Source: Eledone cirrhosa (taxonomy: Eukaryota). From it: 64,000 bases of DNA. The stretch is taken from the NCBI GenBank assembly GCA_964016885.1, contig OZ024757.1, positions 806,001 to 870,000 of the forward strand, read 5' to 3'. Both the position numbers and the translations under genes were made by a program. The notes below the pieces were generated by a model, which saw nothing but the letters and a program-made list of their open reading frames with translations, did not search any database and was not told the DNA's origin. Positions 13,501-27,570 of the stretch are shown piece by piece; the first letter of the stretch is position 1; each line of letters starts with the position of its first letter.

Positions 13501-15268
13501 ACGCTAGTAGCCACTGTCTTCACCCTAATGTCACTATCTCACCCTAGTATCTACTGTCTTCACCACAATGTCACTATCTCACCCTAATAGCTATTGTCTC
13601 CACCCAAATGTCACTAGCTGACCCTAGTAGCTACTGTCTCCACTCCAATGTCACTATCTCACCCTAGTAGCTACTGTCTTTACCCCAATATCAGTATCTC
13701 ACTCTAGTACCTACTGTCTTCACCCCAATGTCACTATCTCACCCTAGTAGCTATTGTCTCCACTCCAATGTCACTAGCTGACCCTAGTAGCTACTGTCTC
13801 CACTCCAATGTCACTATCTCACCCTAGTAGCTACTGTCTTCACCCTAATGTCACTATCTCACCCTAGTAGCTACTGTTTCCACCCTAATATCACTATCAC
13901 ACCCCAGTAGCTATTGGCTCCACCCCAATGTCACTATCTCACCCTACTAGCTACTGTCTTCACCCTAACAGCTACTGTCTCCACCCCAATGTCACTATCT
14001 CACCCTAGTATCTACTGTCTTCACACCAATGTCACTATCTCACCCCAGTAGCTATTGTCTCCACTCCAATGTCACTATCTCACCCTACTAGCTATTGTCT
14101 TCACCCTAACAGCTACTGTCTCCACCCCAATGTCATTATCTTACATTAGTAGCTATTGTCTCCACCTCAATGTCAATATCTCACCCTAGTAGCTCTGTCT
14201 TCAACGCAACGTCACTATCTCACCCTAGTAGCTACTGACTTCACCCTAATTTCGCTATCTCAACCTAGTATCTACTGTCTTCACCCTAGTATCTACTGTC
14301 TTTACCCCAATGTCACTATCTCACCCTAGTAGCTACTGTCTTTACCCCAATGTCACTATCTCATCCTGCCAGCTACTGTCTTTACCCCAATGTAACTCTC
14401 TCCCCCTAGTAGCTACTGTCTTCACCCTAATGTCACTATCTCACCCTAGTAGCTACTGTCTTCACCCCAATGTCACTATCTCACGCTAGTAGCTACTGTC
14501 TCCACTCCAATGTCACTAGCTGACCCTAGTAGCTACTGTCTCCACTCCAATGTAACTATCTCACCCTAGTAGCTACTGTCTTCACCCCAATGTCACTATC
14601 TCACCCTAGTAGCTACTGTCTCCACTCCAATGTCACTAGCTGACCCTAGCAGCTACTGTCTCCACTCCAATGTCACTATCTCACCCTAGTAGCTACTGTC
14701 TTTACCCCAATGTCACTATCTCACCCTAGTAGCTAGTGTCTTCACCCTAATGTCACTATCTCACCCTAGTAGCTACTGTCTTCACCCCAATGTCACTATC
14801 TCACCCTAGTAGCTACTGTCTCCACTCCAATGTCACTATCTCACCCTAGTAGCTACTGTCTCCACCCTAATGTCACTATCTCACCCTAGTAGCCACTGTC
14901 TTCACCCTAATGTCACTATCTCACCCTAGTATCTACTGTCTTCACCCGAATGTCACTATCTCACCCTAATAGCTATTGTCTCCACCCCAATGTCACTATC
15001 TCACCCTGCTAGCTACTGTCTTTACCCCAATATCAGTATCTCACTCTAGTACCTACTGTCTTCACCCCAATGTCACTATCTCACCCGAGTAGCTACTGTC
15101 TTCACCCTAATGTCACTATCTCACCCTAGTAGCTACTGTCTTCACCCTAATGTCACTATCTCACCCTAGTAGCTACTGTTTCCACCCTAATGTCACTATC
15201 ACACCCCAGTAGCTATTGTCTCCACCCCAATGTCACTATCTCACCCTACTAGCTACTATCTTCACCCT
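3195..15268. repeat. Large duplication: approx. 3195-8925 recopied at approx. 10099-15268 with a net 561-bp internal loss
   Basis: Offset 6904 for tatcccacc 4431/11335 and tgtcctcacc 4891/11795. Offset 6343 for ctgtctttag 5571/11914, cattagtag 7801/14144, ccctagcagc 8301/14644 and tagtgtc 8391/14734. Confidence 0.9.
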
Positions 15269-16739
15269 AGTAGCTACTGTCTCCACTCCAATGTCACTAG
15301 CTGACACTAGTAGCTACTGTCTCCACTCCAATGTCACTAGCTCACCGTAGTAGCTACTGTCTTCACCCCAATGTCACTGTCTCACGCTAGTAGCTACTGT
15401 TTCCACTCCAATGTCACTAGCTGACCCTAGTAGCTACTGTCTCCACTCCAATGTAACTATCTCACCCTAGTAGCTACTGTCTCCACTCCAATGTCACTAT
15501 CTCACCCTAGTAGCTACTGTCTCCACTCCAATGTCACTAGCTGACCCTAGTAGCTACTGTCTCCACTCCAATGTCACTAGCTCACCCTAGTAGCTACTGT
15601 CTTTACCTTAATGTCACTATCTCACCCTAGTAGCTACTGTCTTCACCCTAATGTCACTATCTCACCCTAGTAGCTACTGTCTCCACCCTAATGTCACTAT
15701 CTCACCCTAGTAGCTACTGTCTCCACCCTAATGTCACTATCTCACCCTAGTAGCCACTGTCTTCCCCCTAATGTCACTATCTCACCCTAGTATCTACTGT
15801 CTTCACCCCAATGTCACTATCTCACCCTTATAGCTATTGTCTCCACCCCAATGTCACTATCTCACCCTGCTAGCTACTGTCTTTACCCCATATCAGTATC
15901 TCACTCTAGTACCTACTGTCTTCACCCCAATGTCACTATCTCACCCTAGTAGCTACTGTCTTCACCCTAATGTCACTATCACACTCCAGTAGCTATTGTC
16001 TCCACCCCAATGTCACTATCTCACCCTACTAGCTACTGTCTTCACCCTAATAGCTAATGTCTCCTCCCCAATGTCATTATCTCACCCTAGTAGCTATTGT
16101 ATCCACCTCAATGTCAATATCTCACCCTAGTAGATCTGTCTTCAACGCAATGTCACTATCTCACCCTAGTATCTACTGTCTTCACCCCAATGTCACTATC
16201 TCACCCTAGTAGCCACTGTCTTCACCCTAATGTCACTATCTCACCCTAGTATCTACTCTCTTCACCCCAATGTCACTATCTCACCCTAATAGCTATTGTC
16301 TCCACCCAAATCTCACTATCTCACCCTAGTAGCTACTCTCTTCACGCCAATGTCAATATCTCACCCTGCCAGCTACTGTCTTTACCCCAATATCAGTCTC
16401 TCACTCTAGTAGCTACTGTCTTCACCCCAATGTCACTATCTCACTCTAGTAGCTACTGTCTCCACCCTAATGTCCCTATCTCACTCTAGTAGCTACTGTC
16501 TCCACCCTAATGTCACTATCTCACACTAGTAGCTATTGTCTCCACCCCAATGTCACTATCTCACCCTAGTAGCTACTGTCTTCACCCTAATGTCACTATC
16601 TCACCCTAGTAGCTACTGTTTCCACCCTAATGTCACTATCTCCCCCTACTAGCTACTGTCTTCACCCTAATAGCTAATGTCTCCTCCCCAATGTCATTAT
16701 CTCACCCTAATAGCTATTGTATCCACCTCAATGTCAATA

Positions 16740-19700
16740 TCTCACCCTAGTAGCTCTGTCTTCAACTCAATGTCACTATCTCACCCTAGTTGCTACTGAC
16801 TTCACCCTAATTTCGCTATCTCACCCTAGTAGCTACTGTCTTTACCCCAATGTCACTATCTCACCCTAGTAGCTACTGTCTTTACCCCAATGTCACTATC
16901 TCACCCTGCCAGCTACTGTCTTTACCCCAATGTAACTATCTCACCCTAGTAGCTACTGTCTTCACCCTAATGTCACTATCTCACCCTAGTAGCTACTGTC
17001 TTCACCCTAATGTCACTATCTCACCCTAGTAGCTTCTGTTTCCACCCTAATGTCACTATCACACCCCAGTAGCTATCGTCTCCACCCCAATGTCACTATC
17101 TCACCCTACTAGCTACTGTCTTCACCCTAATAGCTAATGTCTCTTCCCCAATGTCATTATCTCACCCTGGTAGCTATTGTATCCACCTCAATGTCAATAT
17201 CTCACCCTAGTAGCTATGTCTTCAACGCAATGTCACTGTCTTCACCCTAGTATCTACTGTCTTTACCCCAATGTCACTATCTCACCCTAGTAGCTACTGT
17301 CTTTACCCCAATGTCACTATCTCACCCTGCCAGCTACTGTCTTTACCCCAATGTAACTATCTCACCCTAGTAGCTACTGTCTTCACCCTAATGTCACTAT
17401 CTCACCCTAGTAGCTACTGTCTTCACCGCAATGTCACTATCTCACCCTAGTAGCTACTGTCTCCACTCCAATGTCACTAGCTGACCCTAGTAGCTACTGT
17501 CTCCACTCCAATGTCACTATCTCACCCTAGTAGCTACTGTCTTTACCCCAATGTCACTATCTCACCCTAGTAGCTACTGTCTTCACCCTAATGTCACTAT
17601 CTCATCCTAGTAGCTCCTGTCGTCACCCCAATGTCACAATCTCACCCTGCCAGCTATTGTCTTTACCCCAATATCAGTATCTCACTCTAGTAGCTACTGT
17701 CTTCACCCCAATGTCACTATCTCACCCTAGTAGCTACTGTCTTCACCCTAATGTCACTATCTCACCCTAGTAGCTACTGTCTTCACCCCAATGTCACTAT
17801 CTCACCCTAGTAGCTACTGTCTCCACTCCAATATCACTAGCTGACCCTAGTAGCTACTGTCTCCACTCCAATGTCACTATCTCACCCTAGTAGCTACTGT
17901 CTTTACCCCAATGTCACTATCTCACCCTAGTAGCTACTGTCTTCACCCCAATGTCACTATCTGACCCTAGTAGCTACTGTCTCCACCCTAATGTCACTAT
18001 CTCACCCTAGTAGCCACTGTCTTCACCCTAATGTCACTATCTCACCCTAGTATCTACTGTCTTCACCACAATGTCACTATCTCACCCTAATAGCTATTGT
18101 CTCCACCCAAATGTCACTATCTCACCCTAGTAGCTACTCTCTTCACCCCAATGTCAATATCTCACCCTGCCAGCTACTGTCTTTACCCCAATATCAGTAT
18201 CTCACTCTAGTAGCTACTGTCTTCACCCCAATGTCACTATCTCACTGTAGTAGCTACTGTCTCCACCCTAATGTCACTATCTCACACTAGTAGCTATTGT
18301 CTCCACCCCAATGTCACTATCTCACCCTAGTAACTACTGTCTCCACCCCAATGTCACTATCTCAACCTTGTATCTACTGACGTCACCCCAATGTCCCTAT
18401 CTCACTCTAGTAGCCTCAGTCTTCACCCCAATGTCACTATCTCACCCTACTAGCTACTGTCTTCACCCTAATAGCTACTGTCTTCACCCCAATGTCACTC
18501 TCTCATCCTAGTAGCTACTGTCTCCAATCCAATGTCACTATCTGACCCTAGTAGCTACTGTCTCCACCCTAATGTCACTATCTCACCCTAGTAGCCACTG
18601 TCTTCACCCTAATGTCACCATCTCACCCTAGTATCTACTGTCTTCACCCCAATGTAACTATCTCACCCTAGTAGCTACTGTCTTCACCCTAATGTCACTA
18701 TCTCACCCTAGTAGCTACTGTTTCCACCCTAATGTCACTATCACACCCCAGTAGCTATTGTCTCCACCCCAATGTCACTATCTCACCCTACTAGCTACTG
18801 TCTTCACCCTAATAGCTAATGTCTCCTCCCCAATGTCATTATCTCACCCTAGTAGCTATTGTATCCACCTCAATGTCAATATCTCACCCTAGTAGCTCTG
18901 TCTTCAACGCAATGTCACTATCTCACCCTAGTAGCTACTGACTTCACCCTAATTTCGCTATCTCACCCTAGTATCTACTGTCTTCACCCTAGTATCTACT
19001 GTCTTTACCCCAATGTCACTACCTCACCCTAGTAGCTACTGTCTTTACCCCAATGTCACTATCTCACCCTGCCAGCTACTGTCTTTACCCCAATGTAACT
19101 ATCTCACCCTAGTAGCTACTGTCTTCACCCTAATGTCACTATCTCACCCTAGTAGCTACTGTCTTCACCCCAATGTCACTATCCTACCCTAGTAGCTACT
19201 GTCTCCACTCCAATGTCACTAGCTCACCCTAGTAGCTACTGTCTCCACTCCAATGTCACTATCTCATCCTAGTAGCTACTGTCTTTACCCCAATGTCACT
19301 ATCTCACCCTAGTAGCTACTGTCTTCACCCTAATGTCACTATCTCATCCTAGTAGCTACTGTCTTCACCCCAATGTCACTATCTCACCCTGCCAGCTACT
19401 GTCTTTACCCCAATATCAGTATCTCACTCTAGTAGCTACTGTCTTCACCCCAATGTCACTATCTCACCCTAGTAGCTACTGTCTTCACCCCAATGTCACT
19501 ATCTCACCCTAGGAGCTACTGTCTCCACTCCAATATCACTAGCTGACCCTAGTAGCTTCTGTCTCCACTCCAATGTCACTATCTCACCCTAGTAGCTACT
19601 GTCTTTACCCCAATGTCACTAACTCACCCTAGTAGCTACTGTCTTCACCCCAATGTCACTATCTGACCCTAGTAGCTACTGTCTCCACCCTAATGTCACT

Positions 19701-22700
19701 ATCTCACCCTAGTAGCTCTGTCTTCAACTCAATGTCACTATCTCACCCTAGTTGCTACTGACTTCACCCTAATTTCGCTATCTCACCCTAGTATCTACTG
19801 TCTTTACCCCAATGTCACTATCTCACCCTAGTAGCTACTGTCTTTACCCCAATGTCACTATCTCACCCTAGTAGCTACTGTCTTTACCCCAATGTCACTA
19901 TCTCACCCTGCCAGCTACTGTCTTTACCCCAATGTAACTATCTCACCCTACTAGTTACTGTCTTCACCCTAATGTCACTATCTCACCCTAGTAGCTACTG
20001 TCTTCACACCAATGTCACTATCTCACCCTAGTAGCTACTGTCTCCACTCCAATGTCACTATCTCACCCTAGTAGCTACTGTCTTTACCCCAATGTCACTA
20101 TCTCACCCTAGTAGCTACTGTCTTCACCCTAATGTCACTATCTCATCCTAGTAGCTACTGTCGTCACCCCAATGTCACTATCTCACCCTGCCAGCTACTG
20201 TCTTTACCCCAATATCAGTATCTCACTCTAGTACCTACTGTCTTCACCCCAATGTCACTATCTCACCCTAGTAGCTACTGTCTTCACCCTAATGTCACTA
20301 TCTCACCCTAGTAGCTACTGTCTTCACCCTAATGTCACTATCTCACCCTAGTAGCTACTGTTTCCACCCTAATGTCACTATCACACCCCAGTAGCTATCG
20401 TCTCCACCCCAATGTCACTATCTCACCCTACTAGCTACTGTCTTCACCCTAATAGCTAATGTCTCTTCCCCAATGTCATTATCTCACCCTGGTAGCTATT
20501 GTATCCACCTCAATGTCAATATCTCACCCTAGTAGCTATGTCTTCAACGCAATGTCACTGTCTTCACCCTAGTATCTACTGTCTTTACCCCAATGTCACT
20601 ATCTCACCCTAGTAGCTACTGTCTTTACCCCAATGTCACTATCTCACCCTGCCAGCTACTGTCTTTACCCCAATGTAACTATCTCACCCTAGTAGCTACT
20701 GTCTTCACCCTAATGTCACTATCTCACCCTAGTAGCTACTGTCTTCACCGCAATGTCACTATCTCACCCTAGTAGCTAGTGTCTCCACTCCAATGTCACT
20801 AGCTGACCCTAGTAGCTACTGTCTCCACTCCAATGTCACTATCTCACCCTAGTAGCTACTGTCTTTACCCCAATGTCACTATCTCACCCTAGTAGCTACT
20901 GTCTTCACCCTAATGTCACTATCTCATCCTAGTAGCTCCTGTCGTCACCCCAATGTCACTATCTCACCCTGCCAGCTACTGTCTTTACCCCAATATCAGT
21001 ATCTCACTCTAGTAGCTACTGTCTTCACCCCAATGTCACTATCTCACCCTAGTAGCTACTGTCTTCACCCTAATGTCACTATCTCACCCTAGTAGCTACT
21101 GTCTTCACCCCAATGTCACTATCTCAACCTAGTAGCTACTGTCTCCACTCCAATATCACTAGCTGACCCTAGTAGCTACTGTCTCCACTCCAATGTCACT
21201 ATCTCACCCTAGTAGCTACTGTCTTTACCCCAATGTCACTATCTCACCCTAGTAGCTACTGTCTCCACCCTAATGTCACTATCTCACCCTAGTAGCCACT
21301 GTCTTCACCCTAATGTCACTATCTCACCCTAGTATCTACTGTCTTCACCCCAATGTCACTATCTCACCCTAATAGCTATTGTCTCCACCCAAATGTCACT
21401 ATCTCACCCTAGTAGCTACTCTCTTCACCCCAATGTCAATATCTCACCCTGCCAGCTACTGTCTTTACCCCAATATCAGTATCTCACTCTAGTAGCTACT
21501 GTCTTCACCCCAATGTCACTATCTCACTCTAGTAGCTACTGTCTCCACCCTAATGTCACTATCTCACACTAGTAGCTATTGTCTCCACCCCAATGTCACT
21601 ATCTCACCCTAGTAACTACTGTCTCCACCCCAATGTCACTATCTCAACCTTGTATCTACTGACGTCACCCCAATGTCCCTATCTCACTCTAGTAGCCTCA
21701 GTCTTCACCCCAATGTCACTATCTCACCCTACTAGCTACTGTTTTCACCCTAATAGCTACTGTCTTCACCCCAATGTCACTCTCTCATCCTAGTAGCTAC
21801 TGTCTCCACTCCAATGTCACTATCTGACCCCAGTAGCTACTGTCTCCACCCTAATGTCACTATCTCACCCTAGTAGCCACTGTCTTCACGCTAATGTCAC
21901 CATCTCACCCTAGTATCTACTGTCTTCACCCCATTGTAACTATCTCACCCTAGTAGCTACTGTCTTCACCCTAATGTCACTATCTCACCCTAGTAGCTAC
22001 TGTTTCCACCCTAATGTCACTATCACACCCCAGTAGCTATTGTCTCCACCCCAATGTCACTATCTCACCCTACTAGCTACTGTCTTCACCCTAATAGCTA
22101 ATGTCTCCTCCCCAATGTCATTATCTCACCCTAGTAGCTATTGTATCCACCCCAATGTCACTATCTGACACTAGTAGCTACTGTCTCCACCCTAATGTCA
22201 CTATCTCACCCTAGTAGCTCTGTCTTCAACTCAATGTCACTATCTCACCCTAGTTGCTACTGACTTCACCCTAATTTCGCTATCTCACCCTAGTATCTAC
22301 TGTCTTTACCCCAATGTCACTATCTCACCCTAGTAGCTACTGTCTTTACCCCAATGTCACTATCTCACCCTGCCAGCTACTGTCTTTACCCCAATGTAAC
22401 TATCTCACCCTAGTAGCTACTGTCTTCACCCTAATGTCACTATCTCACCCTAGTAGCTACTGTCTTCACACCAATGTCACTATCTCACCCTAGTAGCTAC
22501 TGTCTCCACTCCAATGTCACTAGCTGACCCTAGTAGCTACTGTCTCCACTCCAATGTCACTATCTCACCCTAGTAGCTACTGTCTTTACCCCAATGTCAC
22601 TATCTCACCCTAGTAGCTACTGTCTTCACCCTAATGTCACTATCTCATCCTAGTAGCTACTGTCGTCACCCCAATGTCACTATCTCACCCTGCCAGCTAC

Positions 22701-25480
22701 TGTCTTTACCCCAATATCAGTATCTCACTCTAGTACCTACTGTCTTCACCCCAATATCACTATCTCACCCTAGTAGCTACTGTCTTCACCCTAATGTCAC
22801 TATCTCACCCTAGTAGCTACTGTCTTCACCCTAATGTCACTATCTCACCCTAGTAGCTACTGTTTCCACCCTAATGTCACTATCACACCCCAGTAGCTAT
22901 CGTCTCCACCCCAATGTCACTATCTCACCCTACTAGCTACTGTCTTCACCCTAATAGCTAATGTCTCTTCCCCAATGTCATTATCTCACCCTGGTAGCTA
23001 TTGTATCCACCTCAATGTCAATATCTCACCCTAGTAGCTATGTCTTCAACTCAATGTCACTGTCTTCACCCTATTATCTACTGTCTTTACCCCAATGTCA
23101 CTATCTCACCCTAGTAGCTACTGTCTTTACCCCAATGTCACTATCTCACCCTGCCAGCTACTGTCTTTACCCCAATGTAACTATCTCACCCTAGTAGCTA
23201 CTGTCTTCACCCTAATGTCACTATCTCACCCTAGTAGCTACTGTCTTCACCGCAATGTCACTATCTCACCCTAGTAGCTACAGTCTCCACTCCAATGTCA
23301 CTAGCTGACCCTAGTAGCTACTGTCTCCACTCCAATGTCACTATCTCACCCTAGTAGCTACTGTCTTTACCCCAATGTCACTATCTCACCCTAGTAGCTA
23401 CTGTCTTCACCCTAATGTCACTATCTCATCCTAGTAGCTCCTGTCGTCACCCCAATGTCACTATCTCACCCTGCCAGCTACTGTCTTTACCCCAATATCA
23501 GTATCTCACTCTAGTAGCTACTGTCTTCACCCCAATGTCACTATCTCACCCTAGTAGCTACTGTCTTCACCCTAATGTCACTATCTCACCCTAGTAGCTA
23601 CTGTCTTCACCCCAATGTCACTATCTCAACCTAGTAGCTACTGTCTCCACTCCAATATCACTAGCTGACCCTAGTAGCTACTGTCTCCACTCCAATGTCA
23701 CTATCTCACCCTAGTAGCTACTGTCTTTACCCCAATGTCACTATCTCACCCTAGTAGCTACTGTCTCCACCCTAATGTCACTATCTCACCCTAGTAGCCA
23801 CTGTCTTCACCCTAATGTCACTATCTCACCCTAGTATCTACTGTCTTCACCCCAATGTCACTATCTCACCCTAATAGCTATTGTCTCCACCCAAATGTCA
23901 CTATCTCACCCTAGTAGCTACTCTCTTCACCCCAATGTCAATATCTCACCCTGCCAGCTACTGTCTTTACCCCAATATCAGTATCTCACTCTAGTAGCTA
24001 CTGTCTTCACCCCAATGTCACTATCTCACTCTAGTAGCTACTGTCTCCACCCTAATGTCACTATCTCACACTAGTAGCTATTGTCTCCACCCCAATGTCA
24101 CTATCTCACCCTAGTAACTACTGTCTCCACCCCAATGTCACTATCTCAACCTTGTATCTACTGACGTCACCCCAATGTCCCTATCTCACTCTAGTAGCCT
24201 CAGTCTTCACCCCAATGTCACTATCTCACCCTACTAGCTACTGTCTTCACCCTAATAGCTACTGTCTTCACCCCAATGTCACTCTCTCATCCTAGTAGCT
24301 ACTGTCTCCACTCCAATGTCACTATCTGACCCTAGTAGCTACTGTCTCCACCCTAATGTCACTATCTCACCCTAGTAGCCACTGTCTTCACGCTAATGTC
24401 ACCATCTCACCCTAGTATCTACTGTCTTCACCCCAATGTAACTATCTCACCCTAGTAGCTACTGTCTTCACCCTAATGTCACTATCTCACCCTAGTAGCT
24501 ACTGTTTCCACCCTAATGTCACTATCACACCCCAGTAGCTATTGTCTCCACCCCAATGTCACTATCTCACCCTACTAGCTACTGTCTTCACCCTAATAGC
24601 TAATGTCTCCTCCCCAATGTCATTATCTCACCCTAGTAGCTATTGTATCCACCTCAATGTCAATATCTCACCCTAGTAGCTCTGTCTTCAACGCAATGTC
24701 ACTATCTCACCCTAGTAGCTACTGACTTCACCCTAATTTCGCTATCTCACCCTAGTATCTACTGTCTTCACCCTAGTATCTACTGTCTTTACCCCAATGT
24801 CACTAGCTCACCCTAGTAGCTACTGTCTTTACCCCAATGTCACTATCTCACCCTGCCAGCTACTGTCTTTACCCCAATGTAACTATCTCACCCTAGTAGC
24901 TACTGTCTTCACCCTAATGTCACTATCTCACACTAGTAGCTACTGTCTTCACCCCAATGTCACTATCTCACCCTAGTAGCTACTGTCTCCACTCCAATGT
25001 CACTAGCTCACCCTAGTAGCTACTGTCTCCACTCCAATGTCACTATCTCATCCTAGTAGCTACTGTCTTTACCCCAATGTCACTATCTCACCCTAGTAGC
25101 TACTGTCTTCACCCTAATGTCACTATCTCATCCTAGTAGCTACTGTCTTCACCCCAATGTCACTATCTCACCCTGCCAGCTACTGTCTTTACCCCAATAT
25201 CAGTATCTCACTCTAGTAGCTACTGTCTTCACCCCAATGTCACTATCTCACCCTAGTAGCTACTGTCTTCACCCCAATGTCACTATCTCACCCTAGTAGC
25301 TACTGTCTCCACTCCAATATCACTAGCTGACCCTAGTAGCTACTGTCTCCACTCCAATGTCACTATCTCACCCTAGTAGCTACTGTCTTTACCCCAATGT
25401 CACTAACTCACCCTAGTAGCTACTGTCTTCACCCCAATGTCACTATCTGACCCTAGTAGCTACTGTCTCCACCCCAATGT
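16740..25480. repeat. Three related 2.5-3.3-kb blocks (starting near 16.7, 19.7 and 22.2 kb)
   Basis: Shared markers: gttgctactgac 16789/19751/22253, cttcaccgca 17421/20743/23245, tagctcctgtcgtc 17611/20933/23435. Near-identical artefact ORFs start at 18311/21593/24095. Confidence 0.88.
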
Positions 25481-27089
25481 CACTATCTCACCCTAGTAGC
25501 TACTGTCTCCACCCAAATGTCACTATCTCACCCTAGTAGCTACTCACTTCACCCCAATGTCAATATCTCACCCTGCCAGCTACTGTCTTTACCCCAATAT
25601 CAGTATCTCACTCTAGTAACTACTGTCTTCACCCCAATGTCACTATCTCACTGTAGTAGCTACTGTCTCCACCCTAATGTCACTATCTCACCCTAGTAAC
25701 TACTGTCTTCACCCCAATGTCACTATCTCACCCTAATAGCTATTGTCTCCACCCAAATGTCACTATCTCACCCTAGTAGCTACTCACTTCACCCCAATGT
25801 CAATATCTCACCCTGCCAGCTACTGTCTTTACCCCAATATCAGTATCTCACTCTAGTAGCTACTGTCTCCACCTTAATGTCACTATCTCACCCTAGTAAG
25901 TACTGTCTCCACCCAATGTCACTATCTCAACCTTGTATCTACTGACGTCACCCCAATGTCACTATCTCACCCAGTAGTCTCTGTATTCACCCCAGTGTCA
26001 CTATCTCACCCAATAGCCTCTGTCTTCACCTCAATATCACTATCTAACCCTACTAGTTACTGTCTTCACCCTAATATCCATCTCACACTTGTATCTACTG
26101 TCTTAACCCCAATGTCACTATCTCACTCTAGTAGCCTCAGTCTTCACCCCAATGTCACTATCTCACCCTACTAGCTACTGTCTTCACCCTAATAGCTACT
26201 GTCTTCACCCCAATGTCACTATCTCATCCTAGTAGCTACTGTCTCCACTCCAATGTCACTATCTGACCCTAGTAGCTACTGTCTCCACCCTAATGTCACT
26301 ATCTCACCCTAGTAGCCACCGTCTTCACCCTAATGTCACCATCTCACCCTAGTATCTACTGTCTTCACCCCAATGTCACTATCTCACCTTAATAACTATT
26401 GTCTCCACCCAAATGTCACTATCTCACTCTAGTAGCTACTGTCTTCACCCCAATGTCACTATCTCACCCTAGTAGCTACTGTCTTCACCCTAATGTCACT
26501 ATCTCACCCTAGTAGCTACTGTCTTCACCCCAATGTCACTATCTCACCCTAGTAGCTACTGTCTTCACCCTAATGTCACTATCTCACCCTAGTAGCAACT
26601 GTCTTCACCCCAATGTCACTATCTCACCCTAGTAGCTACTGTCACCACTCCAATGTCACTATCTGACCCTAGTAGCTACTGTCTCCACCCTAATGTCACT
26701 ATCTCACCCTCGTAGCCACTGTCTTCACCCTAATGTCACTATCTCACCCTAGTAGCTACTGTCTTCACCCTAATGTCACTATCTCACCCTAGTAGCTACT
26801 GTCTTCACCCCAATGTCACTATCTCACCCTAGTAGCTACTGTCTTCACCCTAATGTCACTATCTCAACCTAGTAGCAACTGTCTTCACCCCAATGTCACT
26901 ATCTCACCCTAGTAGCTACTGTCACCACTCCAATGTCACTATCTGACCCTCGTAGCTACTGTCTCCACCCTAATGTCACTATCTCACACTAGTATCTACT
27001 GTCTTCACCCTAGTATCTACTGTCTTCACCCTAGTATCTACTGTCTTCACCCCAATGTCACTATCTCACCCTAGTAGCTACTCTCTTCA

Positions 27090-27570
27090 CCCCAATGTCA
27101 AAATCTCACCCTGCCAGCTACTGTCTTTACCCCAATATCAGTATCTCACCCTAGTAGCTACTGTCTTCACCCCAATGTCACTATCTCACCCTAGTAGCTA
27201 CTGTCTTCACCCCAATGTCACTATCTCACCCTTCCAGCTACTGTCTTTACCCCAATATCAGTATCTCACCCTAGTAGCTACTGTCTTCACCCCAATGTCA
27301 CTATCTCACCCTAGTAGCTACTGTCTTCACCCCAATGTCACTATCTCACCCTTCCAGCTACTGTCTTTACCCCAATATCAGTATCTCACTCTAGTAGCTA
27401 CTGTCTTCACCCCAATGTCACTATCTCACCCTAGTAGCTACTGTCTTCACCCCAATGTCACTATCTCACCCTTCCAGCTACTGTCTTTACCCCAATATCA
27501 GTATCTCACTCTAGTAGCTACTGTCTTCACCCCAATGTCACTATCTCACTCTAGTAGCTACTGTCTCCAC
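27090..27570. repeat. Local 120-bp (3-monomer) higher-order repeat, ~4 copies
   Basis: The ct(g/t)ccagcta variant recurs at 27111, 27231, 27351 and 27471. The 179-aa ORF here shows the matching 40-aa periodicity. Confidence 0.93.
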
